Below, in pieces: positions 25,686-40,200 of a stretch of 64,000 nt of DNA. Positions within the stretch are counted from its first letter, which is position 1, and each line of letters opens with the position of its first letter. Where the stretch lies: positions 1 to 64,000 of the forward strand of contig MQRK01227869.1 of the NCBI GenBank assembly GCA_001938485.1, read 5' to 3'. This DNA comes from Girardia tigrina. Taxonomy: Eukaryota. The position numbers and the translations under genes were made by a program. A model generated the notes under the pieces. That model saw only the letters and a program-made list of their open reading frames with translations. It was not told where the DNA came from and ran no database searches.

Positions 25686-27830
25686 CTAGTGATAACGAAA
25701 GTGGAATAAACGCTACTTACACAGTTCTTTCATATAAATTTTTTTCTCGTGAAAACGAGTTTATTGATCGCTATCGCTATTTGCCGAATCCGTAAGCTCG
25801 TTTTTAAAATGAAGTACGATTCTTCATTCGTTCTATATTTAATCAATCTCAATAGTTTCTGGTCACTCCTAATAAATATGATTTATGTAAATGTATAAGA
25901 ATTATGCTTATGAGACATTTTTTGGACATTCTTTCCTTATATTTTAACATTTTTAAAAATTTCTATTAAAAATTTATTTTATATTATCAGAAATACTGAT
26001 TTTATTTATTTCAGTTTTATTGATTTTTATGTTTTTATTGGCTAAAATTATCAAAAAAAGGCGTATTTAAAAACAGAAACATATTAGTGATATGAAACTG
26101 TACCAAACGACCCTCCTTGATCGTCGCGAACCACTTCGCTCTTACTCTTATCAGAAAGAAATAAATTAATTATCTGAAAAAGAGGAAATTTATTTCAGTG
26201 TAAATTCGTTAGTTTACTATTTTTTTTGATGATTTTTAAAATATAAACAAAACTTATTGGAAAACAAATTTAGTTTAAATTGTTAGAATAATATTAGAAA
26301 AAAGTGAATATTTAGTTTTGTTTTATAGATTTGTTTCTCACGAATTCAGTGTTGGCAATGTCGTTTTTGGTTTTTGTTTTATTTGTTTCAACTGCTTCGT
26401 TGATAACTCTGTCCCACAGTAAATATTGGTATTTTAAAAGATTTTATGATTGATTATTTTAAAAAAATAAATAACACTCAATTTTTTATACCAACTTTCA
26501 TGAATTTTCTTTTGAAGGTGAGAAAAAAATTTGTGTATTTTAACAAGGGAGAAAAGGGTTTATGAAGATCTTCACAAAGGTATTTTGAAAAATCATAGTC
26601 GTTATGTGCTGGTCGGACGGCATGTCGGACCAATAATAAGACTCCAACTTCACCCGACGGGTAAATCTCGATTCTCATTGAAAAATATCTTAAACTATCG
26701 AAAAAAATTATTTAATAAAATTTATATTATATTTTCATTTTATTAATAATTGTTTTAATTTTTTAATTGTGTATGAAATGATCTTCATATTATTTCGATC
26801 ACCAGTTTCGAGGAAACAACAAAATTAGGGATCGTAAAATGATTAAGTAAAATTGGATTAGAACATGTGGCAATCATGTGTCAAATTCCACGGGGAAAAG
26901 TTGTAACCAAATTATTGGGCACTTCAACATTCCTCGTGTGAAAAACATTGATTTCATTCACAGCTTAAATAATGCATTTTTTAAAATACACAAATCCTTC
27001 TTTCATGAACTCTACATAATTTACTTTAGTTTGACAGTAAAAAAATAAGTTTCATTCTTTCTCGTTTTACTGTTTCACATATTTCTGAAAAAGGAGATTT
27101 CCTAAGATAGTCGTAAATTTTTCTTATTTGTATAATCAAACGTTTGCAACGGTCTAATAATTTTGGGGATTTATTAAACTAATCAATATCAAAATGGCTT
27201 TCATCCTCAAAGTCTTCAACAAAATCGTCAGAACACTCGTTATTTTCAGATTTCTCATTAGTAAGCTGTTGTATCCTTTTCAGTACGTTTTTTATTTTAA
27301 TGTAGTATACCAGTAACCGCTAAATATATAGCATATGAATAACACAGTTGATTGATGACATTTAGCAAAACGTTTTAGTAACAGTAGCAAAGTTATTTTG
27401 TTGTTGTAACTATGTCAGTTGTCATTTCTAAGTAAAAATGAAGTTTTTGCTGACACTAATGTGGCAAGGTTTAGCAAGATTCACATTCTTGAAAACTTAC
27501 ATGTGGTCTGATATATTAGTATAAAACAAATATGAGTTACATAGCAGGGATAATACAGTACTTTGAAAGACTGATAACTCGTCAACTGCAGTGGTTTATT
27601 TGTCTTCAACGTACAATTTGTGAAAATTCATTTTCTAAGTTTCTTTTGATGGATTGCTACTTTCTTGTGAATCTGTAACACATTCATGAAATTTTCAATG
27701 GTGAAGGATTTCCGAATCCGTCAGATGTAATCGAGAACAGTCTTATAAGAGAAAAAATATATGTACTGAATTATTCTTTTTATCGGATATAGCCAAATAA
27801 TTGCATCTTTACATTATAAGTGATGTTTAA

Positions 27831-28071
27831 CCTATTAAGTACCAGATTTTTTTTTCTTAAAATTTTGCATAAAATTTACTTATTATGATGAATTATTAAT
27901 GACTCAATATCTCCTCATCTAATTTTCGGAGTTGAAAGATAACACGTGAGGCAATAGGGTGACATTTTTACTAGTAGATAATGACTAAACTTCCTGTAAA
28001 CTCATATGTAATATCAGAAAAATTAATAAAAAATGATTGATCCCCATTTGGGTCGCAGGGTACTTAATGGG
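27831..28071. mobile_element. piggyBac-type MITE
   Basis: TTAA|CCTATTAAGTACC ... GGTACTTAATGGG|TTAA. Confidence 0.7.
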
Positions 28072-28789
28072 TTAACCTTGGCATTTAAGTATGTCGTTTA
28101 TACATATCAGATGATCTTCCCTACCAGTCTTCCATATCCAGTCTGTGGTACAGTTGCACATACTTACATCAAGTAAGACTTTTTAAAGTAAAAATAAACT
28201 TCTTCATCCCGATGTCATTAGCAGATCCGAAAATGGATCATAATCAACTGTTGAAGCATTTTTACCAAAATGAAGTTAAAACTTAAATTTGAATATTATT
28301 GTAAAATCAAATATAAATAATATAAAAACGATTTCTTTCGTCAATTCTTTGACATTTTATCTATTGAAAGAATATTAAAAATTAAGTCAAAACAATTTTA
28401 TGTTTTTAATGTTTCAATTAACTTCAAACGAAAGAAACTATTTTATTGTTTCAAAGAAATTTGAAGTAGAATTAATCAATTTGTAAGTTTATTATTTCTG
28501 GGTTATGTAACTTGTATTTTATGTATTGTACAGACTGGTACAGAATGGTACAGCCAGCTCCTTTGGGACATCCTTCCCAGCTATTACAAATATTACTCCC
28601 GGGTATTCTGCAATCAATATTATTTCTTTAAATACAAATAAATGATTTTAAATTGAAAACACTACTAAAAATTAATTATTATTAATTTTTTTTATTATAT
28701 TGCTCAAAATATATTAATTATATTTGTATAACTGATATTATAGGAAACGTAAGCACTGTTTTTTACTTATAATCTCCTATTTTAATTTA

Positions 28790-29780
28790 TTATGTTTGAA
28801 GGAAAGTTACGTTATTTATTTAAAAAACTCAAAATAAATTTATTAATTTAACTTTGTCTTCTATGGATTTATTTATTTTATTATATATTCGTAGGAGCCT
28901 TTCGATATATTATTCGCATTGAATTGTCTTTTCTATAAAAAGTTATTAATGTAGAATTTTATTATATTTCGCTCCGACAATACGCATCATAAGAGACAAA
29001 ACGGACTGCCAACGCTCCACAACCATTGATAAACGAGCGGTGCTCTGTTTCATTAAAGCCGATCCTATCCACAGAACGCGTGAACTGGCCGCTGAACTCA
29101 AAACTTCCCATACAACTATTATTTGGAGCGTACGGAAAATAAACAAAAAAATTAACATGGTAAAAGTTTCCCGCACGAGCTCAACGAAATTCAAATAAAT
29201 TTGCGAATTAACGACTCTTTTTGGCTATTGAACAAATTTAGACTTGGTGGATTGAAACGGATTTTTATGTGCAATGATATGTTGGTTGTTTTCAATAGCC
29301 GGAATCGCAAAAGTCTAGTTCCACTCAGAAAACAGACATATCGAAGTGATCCGCATCAAAACAAAGGGATGTTGAGCATTTTGTGGATAACATTAGGTTT
29401 GTGGTATCAAAATGGCTCGAGTTTTCTTTCAAAAAGACAACTACAGGCCTTACGTTTCACACTAGACACGCCAAAACGTGAAGAATAAGGTTGGGATGTT
29501 CTTAAGTATCCACTATGAAGCTCAAACATTGGCCCATTTGATTATCATTTTTCCGGTCCCTGGAACATTTCCTTCACAGCTTCATTAAGATGAACACGTG
29601 GAACAGGCCCTTCAAACGCTTTTCGACCTGAAAACACCAGACATTTCTCGTTGCAGCCTAATTGGAGAAGAATAATGGAAATTAATGGTGATTACATTAG
29701 TGAAAACGATCTCTTGTTATTGTTAAAATTTTTTCTAAATAAAATGTTCATTTAGTGACAAAACTTTCGTTTCAACTTAA
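28790..29780 (+). mobile_element. Decayed mariner element
   Basis: TA-flanked degenerate TIRs (TTATGTTTGAAGGAAAGTT vs reverse complement of AACTTTCGTTTCAACTTAA); remnants TRELAAELKTSHTTI, HQNKGMLSILW, GWDVLKYPL*SSNIGPFDYH. Confidence 0.8.
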
Positions 29781-30342
29781 TAAATTTGTTTTATAATTGT
29801 TTTTGTTTGTTTTATAATAATCCAATATAGTTTCTTTTATATAATTTCTTTTGGTAAAACTCTCTTATCCAAAAACATAAATGACTTCTAAAAAAAAATA
29901 TTACCCTCCATCGAGGCCCACGTCAAAGAATGTAGAAAAAATATAGCAATGGAAAACACCTGTATTTCGTTACCCAAGGGAATTAGTTTTCACTACTTGA
30001 GGAGGAAGCTACGAATATTTTCAAATTATTTAATTTAAAGTAAATTTATTAAAATTTCATATTCAAATGCGCAACGGTTTACGACTCAAGTTTTATATCG
30101 ATCGTTGTAGAGCCAAATCATGTTGTATTACTCTATTGTAAAATATGTTTTATTAAGAATCACAAAGGTAAAATCATAGGTATAATTATAACCTAATTAT
30201 TAATCACATTTTTTAAAAATAAAAATTTTGAAAATTTTGAATGATCTTTAAATGTATAATGAAAATTTATTCACTTATTTGAATAACAAGGTAGAAATAA
30301 TAATAAAAAATAAAGGACATTCCATTATCAACCAAAACTGCA

Positions 30343-30905
30343 ATGGATCGGACAATTCGTATGGAAGTAGACATCACAAAACAACAAATTGTTTATATTT
30401 CCAATTCTTCAGCCTTGTCCATTGCTGTTGATGAATCTTGTGATGTAGGTGACATAACATCGGTTGCTATTGTTTGCAAATATATCAATTCCTTGGGGGT
30501 TCTCAAGAAGAATTATTTGAACTTATTCCACTTAATGGTCAAACTAGAGGAGAACATATTGAAAGGAACTATTCCATCACCATTTTAAGCAATGAGATTG
30601 AGCTCGAAAAAGTTGTGTCTATTGCCACATATGGAGTTTCGAGTATAGTGGGATCTGTGAAAAGATTCATTCCGCAATTTAAAAAGAAATTGAAACTTGA
30701 AATATTATCGTTTCACTGTGTTATTCACAAAAAGCCTTATTTACACAAACTTTCTCAAGTGAACTAACTATGGTAATGAATAGGTGATTAAAATTGTAAA
30801 CACAATAATGACCAGGGGATTAAATCATTGACAATTTAGCGAATTTGTGTAAGAAGTTGACCATAAGTACACAGATCTTCTTCTTCATTATAAAGTTCAA
30901 TGTAC
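30343..30905 (+). pseudogene. hAT (Charlie/SPIN, GTF2IRD2-like) transposase remnant
   Basis: SIAVDESCDVGDIT; EELFELIPLNGQTRGEHI; VVSIATYGVSSIVG; FHCVIH; several frameshifts. Confidence 0.85.
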
Positions 30906-32110
30906 AGGTTAAATATATCTTTTTTGAACTTACTTAACATATTTCAAATAGTCTTCTCTTCATAAAATTTACTATTTATTAAATTTTAAACTTTTTCAGC
31001 TTTGAGATTTTGTCTAAAGCAAAGTACAAAACAAGTTGTGGCTAGAAACATTATAAATAAAATAAAGAAAATAAAACTACAATGAATATTTTTCCAACCT
31101 TTTACATATTTAATTTATGAGCACCCACAAAATCTTTTCAAAGTAGGGAGGCAAAATAAGAATTGGAATAAGAATAAGAAAATACAAAAATCTGTAATTC
31201 TTTATTAATTATTTATTTATCCATTTTTATGCAACTTAAAAAATTTTTAAATGAAATAGATATCAGAATATTTCATTAATTCCAAAAACACTTTTAGTAT
31301 TCGAAATTTAATTTTCTTCCGCCTATTAATCTGATATATTTTTTTATATTTTTATATTCCATTTCCTTCTAGCATTATGTAGTGACCAAAAATTTTAAAT
31401 TAATATTTATAAATATATTTGTGTACTAAAATTTTATATTATTATGTATAGGAAAATATGCTTTTATAATTATCGTTATTTTTAATGACAAATGAAAATG
31501 TTACTTCTGTAATCGTTTCTTTTTTACTCGATTTTTATGATAACAGTCTGTTTATCCGAATCACTTTTTATTATGTGTCAATAGTTATAGTTATAAGTAC
31601 AATGTTTGATGAATTATGAATATTCTCGATTTTTTTGATTTATTCATGAAACAACCGCCGCCGACAATCGTCGATTTGTTGCCGGTCGATCACTGCCACT
31701 CGATCGATCCCTACCGAATTGTAGCGCTCGCACTTTTCCGATGGGCCGAATACGGAGGCATCGTCGCTGAACTCGACGCCGCTTTGGATTAATCGATCAT
31801 TCGATTCAATGCAACCAATGGCCGACCAAATCGATCGTCGAGCGTCGTTCACTCCGATCAACAGAGACAGTGGCCACCTCTATAAAGACCGAGCCCAAGG
31901 TGACATACCACCGTTAAAGGTCAAATTTTTAAGTGCCCATGTCTTCTTCCCATCATTATTTGTAGTTACATTACCACAAATAAAAAAATTAAGAAAATTT
32001 AGGAAGTAGATGCTTGATGTATAAATACTCTTATTTATCACACAATAAATAAAGAAATTTGAATAACAAATAACAGAATGCATATAAAAATTTTGTCTTA
32101 ACGTATTGGT

Positions 32111-32245
32111 TGTGAGGAATATTTAAAATATTTATGTATGGGGTATGTTGATTTTAGTATGCTGGACTTAGAATGGTGATTCTTTCTCCAGTCGGAAGTT
32201 GGTCTGTTATTAAATTTGTGTTAACTTATTTGAACATAATTATAA
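32111..32245 (+). mobile_element. 5' part of an LTR, family C (TGTGAGGAAT start)
   Basis: Shares the start and GTATGTTGATT..AGTATG..G.A.TTAGAATGGTGATTCT with 59556; no 3' end or TSD identified. Confidence 0.6.
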
Positions 32246-32568
32246 TTTTGAAAGGTTTATGTACATAATACTTTGATAAAATTTATATTTATAAAATAAT
32301 ATCATACCAAAAAAATTTTTGGTGTACAAGCTTTTATAATTTGTCATATATTTGCGGTTCTGTATCTATTTCACCCACTTCCCACATTTTTTGACTGAAT
32401 TATCAAAGCCTANNNNNNNNNNNNNNNNNNNNNNNNNNNNNNNNNNNNNNNNNNNNNNNNNNNNNNNNNNNNNNNNNNNNNNNNNNNNNNNNNNNNNNNN
32501 NNNNNNNACGACACTTTAATTACTTTTTTGCGGCCAAACTAAAGGCGGTAGATGAGCAGTGACAGTGA

Positions 32569-33013
32569 AAAAGTGTATTGTCACCTAGAATACATCCATC
32601 CTGAAAGTTTCATGTCGCTAGGTGAACGGAAAGTTGGTGAATTTTCGATCGCAAGATTTGATGCATCCAGACAGACAAACAAATGAAACGTAATAAAAGC
32701 TTGTAATAATACTAATTATTATGATTTGGTAATTTGGTAGAGTTTGAATTTTATTCATGAAAATAAACAAAAAGATTGCTATGTAATACAGTGTATAAAT
32801 TTGTAGATAATCGTAAGTGGTTTTTTTGCAAAATAAATTAAAAAAAATATTTCTTTCAAAAATTTTCAAGGAAAAGTGTATTGTCATCTAGAATACATCA
32901 CTCCTGAAAATTTCAAGTCACCAGCACAACGGAAAGTGGGTGAAATTTCGATCGCAAGATTTGATCCATACAGACAAACAAACAAACAAATGAAACGTAA
33001 TAAAAGCTTGTAA
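32569..33013 (+). repeat. Two ~140-bp direct copies of a DINE-1/HINE (Helentron-associated)-like end
   Basis: 32569-32706 and 32871-33013: CCTGAAA.TTTCA...TCGATCGCAAGATTTGAT...CAGACAAACAAA...TAATAAAAGCTTGTAA; family assignment rests on resemblance only. Confidence 0.55.
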
Positions 33014-36000
33014 AAATTAATTTTGAAGTTAAATAAAAAATGTAAAATTATTAACGCGATTCAAAGATTTCAAAATTAAAAAATGAAAAAATGTGTTCGA
33101 ATAATCATCATTAAAAAATTAGTAAATATGTATATAAATTCACCAACTAGAATGTGAAGGATCTTCCGAGAGCAGTCTCAGAGACAACTTTCATTGTTGA
33201 AATAATTAATCTTGCAAAGTTAATTTTGTCGGTGTTTTTACCAGTGGTATTAAAATTTTTAATTAGTTACATTTTGATAACAAGAATATTAATGAATTTA
33301 AAAATAGATTAATAAAATAATACGTTAATTTTTATATAGGCCCATTGATTTAGATCCCCGGATGCGGACGGTACCCGGATGAGGTACACAAAATGTGATT
33401 TTTAAATAGGAATTTAAAATATTAGAAGTGGTAAATAAACTTTACAATAATTTAATGAACAGTTTTTTTTAATTAAAATTTGATATTCAGAGGGTTAATA
33501 CCCCTTCTTAACCCTACTGTGGACACATATGATTTAATTCTAAAGAATTTTCTATTTTGCTGATTTTTCATTCGTATTTTTAATATTTTTATAAAAGATT
33601 TATATTTTTGTTTTTATTGATTTATATATTTTTGAAAAAAAACAGTAACAATTTTGTTATCTTATTTTTGGCTTTTTTTGAAATATTTGAAAGATATTGT
33701 TTTTTGATCTGTCTTATTAAATATAAATCAAAATGGCAAATCAAATCATAAATGACAGTTTATTTTGTTTGATTCGTTTTACAAAATATTTAAAGTCTTT
33801 CGGAGAAATGTGTTTAAAGTTTTTAAAAACGCTTGACAGAACTTCTTTCGATTTGATCAGATCAAAAATTGACAGCAGTTTATAGAGAATATATAATTTT
33901 AAAAATCACGTCTAGCAAATATTTTTATTGGAAATGAAGAATATAAATTTAGAAAAATAAATATGGTGATTGTGACGAATATGTTCGAATGTTGCGAATT
34001 TTTGTGTTTTTCATGTTGATCAACTGTGGCGGCCTTTCCATTCTGTTGGGGGGCTCGATATATGAATTTCCAATATTGCAAATATAATTTTAAGTTTTAA
34101 AATTTAATACTTAACAATTACTAAATTGAATTATGTAACATTTATATTTAATTTTCTTTAGAAAATAAATTTAAAAATATAAATGTAGAGAATTTTAAAT
34201 TTTTTTTAGGATTTTAAAATTTTGTTATTTATATACAATATTTTAATTTATACAATATAAATTTATTATAATAATAATTATATGAATTTTAAAAAACTAA
34301 TATATTAATAATAATTATTATTCTTATTATTTCTGGAGGATTTTCTTGTCAAAAAGATCCTCCTTATCTACACATTCATCATACAATATGCACAACAATT
34401 TATCCACCCAAAAGAACTATTTTATTTCGAAAGAAGTACCAATTTGAGTTATAAGAATCATTCACAGGAAATCACCGTATAAATTTCTAAACCAATAAAT
34501 TTCGTCACCCATCAATCTAAACTAACAAATAAATAAAGAGAACATTGGTACTGACTGATCTAGAGACCAAGAAACCATCAAGTAGAAAAAGAAGAGCCAA
34601 AAACTTAATCCAAGGATCCCAAGAACAATATATATTAACTACTGAAGTAAAATATGAATTAGTTGATTGTTATCTCCTACCTTATCAATTCTTGTTTATA
34701 GTAATCCATTGAATGTCTTCTTATTATTGCTTCCGTTGTTTTTTGAAATAAAATTAATTAAAAAAATATCTCCATTACCGTATTATCGCGCAGAAAAGGC
34801 GCTACCTATCTGAGAAAAAAATGAAAGTTAAAAAGAAACTAGTGAATCAAAAAATTTAATTTTTATATCCATTCGTTATGCAGACAGAACTCTACTTTGC
34901 CTATAAAGTTTTTAAAATTTAAAAAAAATTTAATATTAAAAAATTTTTAATTAAAAAATATTAAAAATTAATGTAAACTACTTATAATTTATGAGTAAAT
35001 ATCTTGCAATTAATATTGTTCAGAAACTCCGAATTTTCTGTTATTTTCCCATTTTATAATCTTAAAAGGTTTTTTCGATCAAATTTTCACATAATCATTT
35101 ATTGTCATCGAGAATGAGTAAGTGTGCAAAGTTTGAAGAAAATCGATTGAGTAAAAAACCTTCAAAAACAGGTTTCTAAATTTCATGGATATATATATTT
35201 ATATATATACATATACCTATATAGAAATTAAGTTAATAAAAAGAATGGAATAAAAGTAGTGGCGACTTATACGACTTATCATAAAATTCTTCTTGATTGA
35301 CCGTTTATCACAAAAAATAATAATAAATTAACACAAAGAAAATTTTAATACTTTTATTGCACTGTTTTTACTCCAATCTCATTTGCAGTGCGATTTTTTA
35401 GCATGTCAAAACTCACTGGTATTTCGTCCACATTACCAATGTGTCTCGGTTTAATCCCAACAAGACTATTGTGATAATTTAAATGGTGTGTATAACTTCC
35501 AGCTTTTTCTTAGCCAAATAAGCTGTTCTCGTTTTTTTTATCATATCGAGTGAAAATAAAAAAAATAACGGTTTTAAAAGTTTACAAAATATTTTTACAA
35601 AAAATTCATACCTTTCAAACTACTCTATATAGTTATATCGTGCATATTAGCCGCGGCTTCTCTGTCAAAAAAGTGCATTTTTTAAAGAAACTCATGTGCG
35701 ACTTATGCGTGTTTTCTACTCACCTGTGCGAGTTATTGTTGTGACTACAATGAAAAAGAAAATTCGGAAATCGTTTCAAAGATTCCCTAATTTTCTTTGC
35801 AATAAATGAATAAGATGTTTTTTTAATTAATATTTATTTTTATTTTTATCAATCAGAAAAAATAATAACATCCGAAAGTATTACAGAGAATTTTTATAAT
35901 TACAGTTCTATTTGTGTTGAAAAATAATGTATACGTCAAAATCAGGATGTTATTAATAGTTAAAACAAATATTAATTTAGAAAATTGTAAATGTATATAA

Positions 36001-36862
36001 AATTCAAATTAAATATCTTAATAGAGTGTTTGCGTACTGTTTAGCTCTTTCAGTCCTTGGGGATACATTTATCTCAATGAAATAAGAAAGCACACTACTA
36101 GAAGACAACCCATATAATTTGTATTATCTCGGTACAATTTATTCTTCTGAATCTATGTACTTTATAATTGGCAGCTTTAGACAAGTTTATATAAGTAAGT
36201 TACAGCTATTATTGTATGACTCAGTTTTGTTTTTTCACTTGTTCTTGAATAAATCTCACATAATAAAATAATTTCGACGTTAAGTTGATTTACAATTTAC
36301 TTGTGCGTTGTAGGGGCGCAATGCGAGTTATCATATAATTTATTTTATGTAGATTAAATGCGTAATTTATGACAATGGGACATATTTTTAACTTGGACTT
36401 TATGCGTCAGACTAATCTACCTAGATAAGCATCATTGTATATATAGAAAGTAAACTATAGTAATAACAAAAACCTTATCCGTGATATTTTAGTATGGAAT
36501 CTTTGGGATAAAGTAAATAGGATGGCAGAAAAAAGTTATTTAAATGAAAATGATTTTTTTCTGATAACGATAACTACACTTATGATAACTACTACGCTCA
36601 AAGAAGTAATCAATCTTTATAATTTAAGGATGATTTAAGGAAAATATAATGAAGATTGCTTGGAAAAGGAAAAGAATGATGCTGAAAACATTATTAACAA
36701 CATCAATAATAATATATTGATAATATATATCAACAAGTATATTTAAAATGAGGTCTCTTCCTGAGAAATAATATTGCCAAGGAAAGTAAACCATCAATGG
36801 TCAGAACTTGACAGGTTGACTTGATGTGATCGAAGGTGCACCTCTTTCATCTTTGAAAACAT

Positions 36863-37264
36863 TATTAACAACATCAATATGAGTTTTACAACATTTATTA
36901 TTACCACAAGAGCATTCACTATTTGACATTTTTCTTGATCGATATATTTCTGAGTTCACACTAATTATTTTCAATAAATGAAAATCTGTTTATAAAAATT
37001 ATTAATTATAAAGAATAAAATTGGTTAAAATTAAATCTAAACATTTTTTTAAAAAAGAACATATTAAAATTTTAAATTACATTAAAAAATAAATAATACA
37101 TTCAAAAATTATTTTAAATCTTTTTACTTTAAAATTAAATTAAATTATTTTTACTTAGTAAGAATCAAAGAAAATACCAATCATCCATCTGTGTAGGAGA
37201 GGCACAATTCGAATCAACATACAACATGCTCAATATCAACACACAATTCAAAACATTCCTCACA
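36863..37264 (-). mobile_element. Solo LTR, gypsy family A (TG...TA)
   Basis: Same family as 3193-3595; TSD AACAT at 36858-36862 and 37265-37269. Confidence 0.92.
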
Positions 37265-40200
37265 AACATAACTGAGATTTTTGGAATAACTGACGAAACA
37301 AAGGAGAATGACAAAAAATATTTTGTTCAAATACATATTTTAAGTGGATTTGTGTAGATAATAATTTTAATTCCATAAAAATATATGTTAAAAGAATACT
37401 AACTACTTTATGTAATGAGAAAGGACAATGGCAATATGTAAATATAGTCTATACTCTATAGACTTTGTGTCGTGAAACATTTATTCTAAGATAAAGTAAA
37501 ATTGAATAAAACGATTTTTATGGGTTTTCTTAAATTTTTGAACTAATTAATAAATAATAAACGCAATATACATGATACATAATTAATCCTATTAAAAGAG
37601 TTTTGTCCTCTAAAAGAGAGAGCTTTGGACACTCGAGAGAAGCAGATAAGTCGGGATTTGAGCAAAGATTATCAGACTGAAAAGGTTCGGAAATTCCCGG
37701 AGAATTAAGGTTTTGTGACTAAAGGTGTTCAAAATATTTCAATTTTAAAATACTCCGCTGAATATTGAAGATATCGATATTACCACCAGAACAAGAATGA
37801 AAAGCGAGAAGCAAAGACTTTAATTTTTGAATTTTCAAACAATCGATTTTAGCGTTACTCGTTAATTGGTCATCGTCTTTCCAGTCTATGATCCGACATC
37901 CTGGTCGAAGAATCGATATAGAATCGAATCTATAGAACTGCTTTCAGGAAATGTCACTTTGTAAAATTTTTCATATTCAGTTTCAAACAAAGAATCCATT
38001 TGAAATTTAGATGTTTTACTAATTTTCTGACCAAAATTCAATATTTACAAAATTTTCCTTTTTCAAATATCCAAAAAATTATCAATAAAAAGATCGAACA
38101 ACTCATAACGTTTCGTCAATTCAAAAAAGACATATTTTCATGTAATTAAACATATTTTTCAAAAAATCGCCAACTTATCAACAAGCAAAATAATCGATTT
38201 AAACAATTTCGATTTGAACAAAAATCACAGTTCTAATTTTTGGTAACTTTTTCCAAACCAATACAACCTTAATTCTAACACGTTAAATTCGTCACGTGCA
38301 CAAAAACATACACAAACACACATACACAACACACTCACATGCTCGAACTATAAATACCAATCCCAAACGTACACAAACAAAAAGTTCGATCGATTCAATA
38401 CGATTTGGATTAAGTTGTATTTCTGATAATTTTGTTTTTTTTTTGAGAAATTTGATTAATAATTCTCTGATCAAAAGCTTCAAGAAGACGAGATCCAGTT
38501 GAGTTATTTGTGCTTAGTTTACAGTGTTTTTTAGCTTCAGTAATAATATCTGCGGCACAACTGGTTTTAGAAAGTGCGACTTGTATTTCAAAGTGATCTT
38601 GAATGTTTGTATCAAAAAAAATGAAACTAATTGTTGCGTCGTTTCGACTTCATGAATATGAATTTTCAATAGTTGGAAGTAGAGCCTTTTTTAAATTTGT
38701 TGAAAGTGCTAAAGAATTGTTTGCTGGATTGGACAATGGTTGATGATTTGAATTTATTAATGCAACATTTTGAGTTGGTTTACCTCGGGGCAAAATAGCA
38801 TTGATCTGAGATTGAATTTGAGAACTAATTCAATCTGTAAGAGTTCCTTCAAAAGTTGTTCGTACAGGGTCACTGGGTCATTTTTGGAGCCATGGGAAGG
38901 TAAAACAGGTTCATAAAGTTGTATTTTGCTAACATCTGCTTCAGGAATATTCATAATCAAGGCTTTAAATGTATCCATATACCGATACTTTATATAATAT
39001 GTAAATATATATATAAGATGTAAGTAATAAAGATACCCACTCAATATCGGTCTCAATCCAGCGTACAGCAGTAACGACACTTGTATTTCAATTTAGGTTT
39101 ATGACATTTGTGTTGTTGATATTGACTTTCAGTTCTAAATCTAAAAGGACTTTGTTTATAATGTTCAAATTTCTGATTATGTCTCTTCTATTAGTGTCAA
39201 TTAGATAAAGGTTATCCCAATAGGCTAATCAATTAATCTCCCCGAAGCTTCCTTCTTCTGTTTTCATCTTCACTAATCCTGATAGTCCTTTTGATACTAC
39301 AAATTTCAATACTTCTTACATGTAATCTTTATGGATTTAGAGAAACCATTCAGTAGTGTCACCGAGAGTCTCTCTAGAGCTGTTTAAAGAGACAAGAGAT
39401 AAAGAGTTGGAATGCTTGATCTTTCTACAAGGGGTTTGAAGGATCTATTGTGACAGAAACCTTCAAAATGAACCAGAAATAAGACAGGATTGTGTGTTAG
39501 ACCCCCTACAGATTAATAATTTACTCTTCAAGTGACCCTCGCTCCTTGAAAGGAATTAAACCGGTGGCTTTTTTTGAGGTCATAGGACGCTGGAAATGCT
39601 TTAATATTGCTCCCCCTAAACGGGGATCTACACGGTACGCGTCATTGCAAGACTGCTCAATCTAATTGATGAATAAAATCTATTCAATCGGATATCATAG
39701 CAGTGCTATCTCACCATCGACCACGTAGTCCCGACTACCACTGCCTTCACACCCAGATTATTACAGCTAAGCCTTGTAAGTGGATTGCAAGCCCACTGGT
39801 GCTATGATTTTCTGTCGGCACAGAGATCGACTAGCTTAGAGACGGAATGGAACTCAATCTAGTTTTCCCAGGGACACTACATGAAAGTATGTCCAACTGA
39901 CTTACAGACGATCCCTCTCCAATGTACGAGTTTCTACACCAGTGACATGGAAATTCATTAACAAGATTAAATTAATATGCACAAAACTGTTTTCTATTTT
40001 ATTATCAAGAGGAGTACTTCGGGTTTTAATGAAAACCTTCATGAACAATATCTAGTAAATATACTTAATTTACCATTTAACAGTTAATTTAATTTAAAAA
40101 TTATTATTCAGTTATTAATAATATCTCACAAATAATCTTAATAAATGTGAACAAAACATTATAAAGTATAATTTGTAAATAAATAATTTTTCAAATTATA

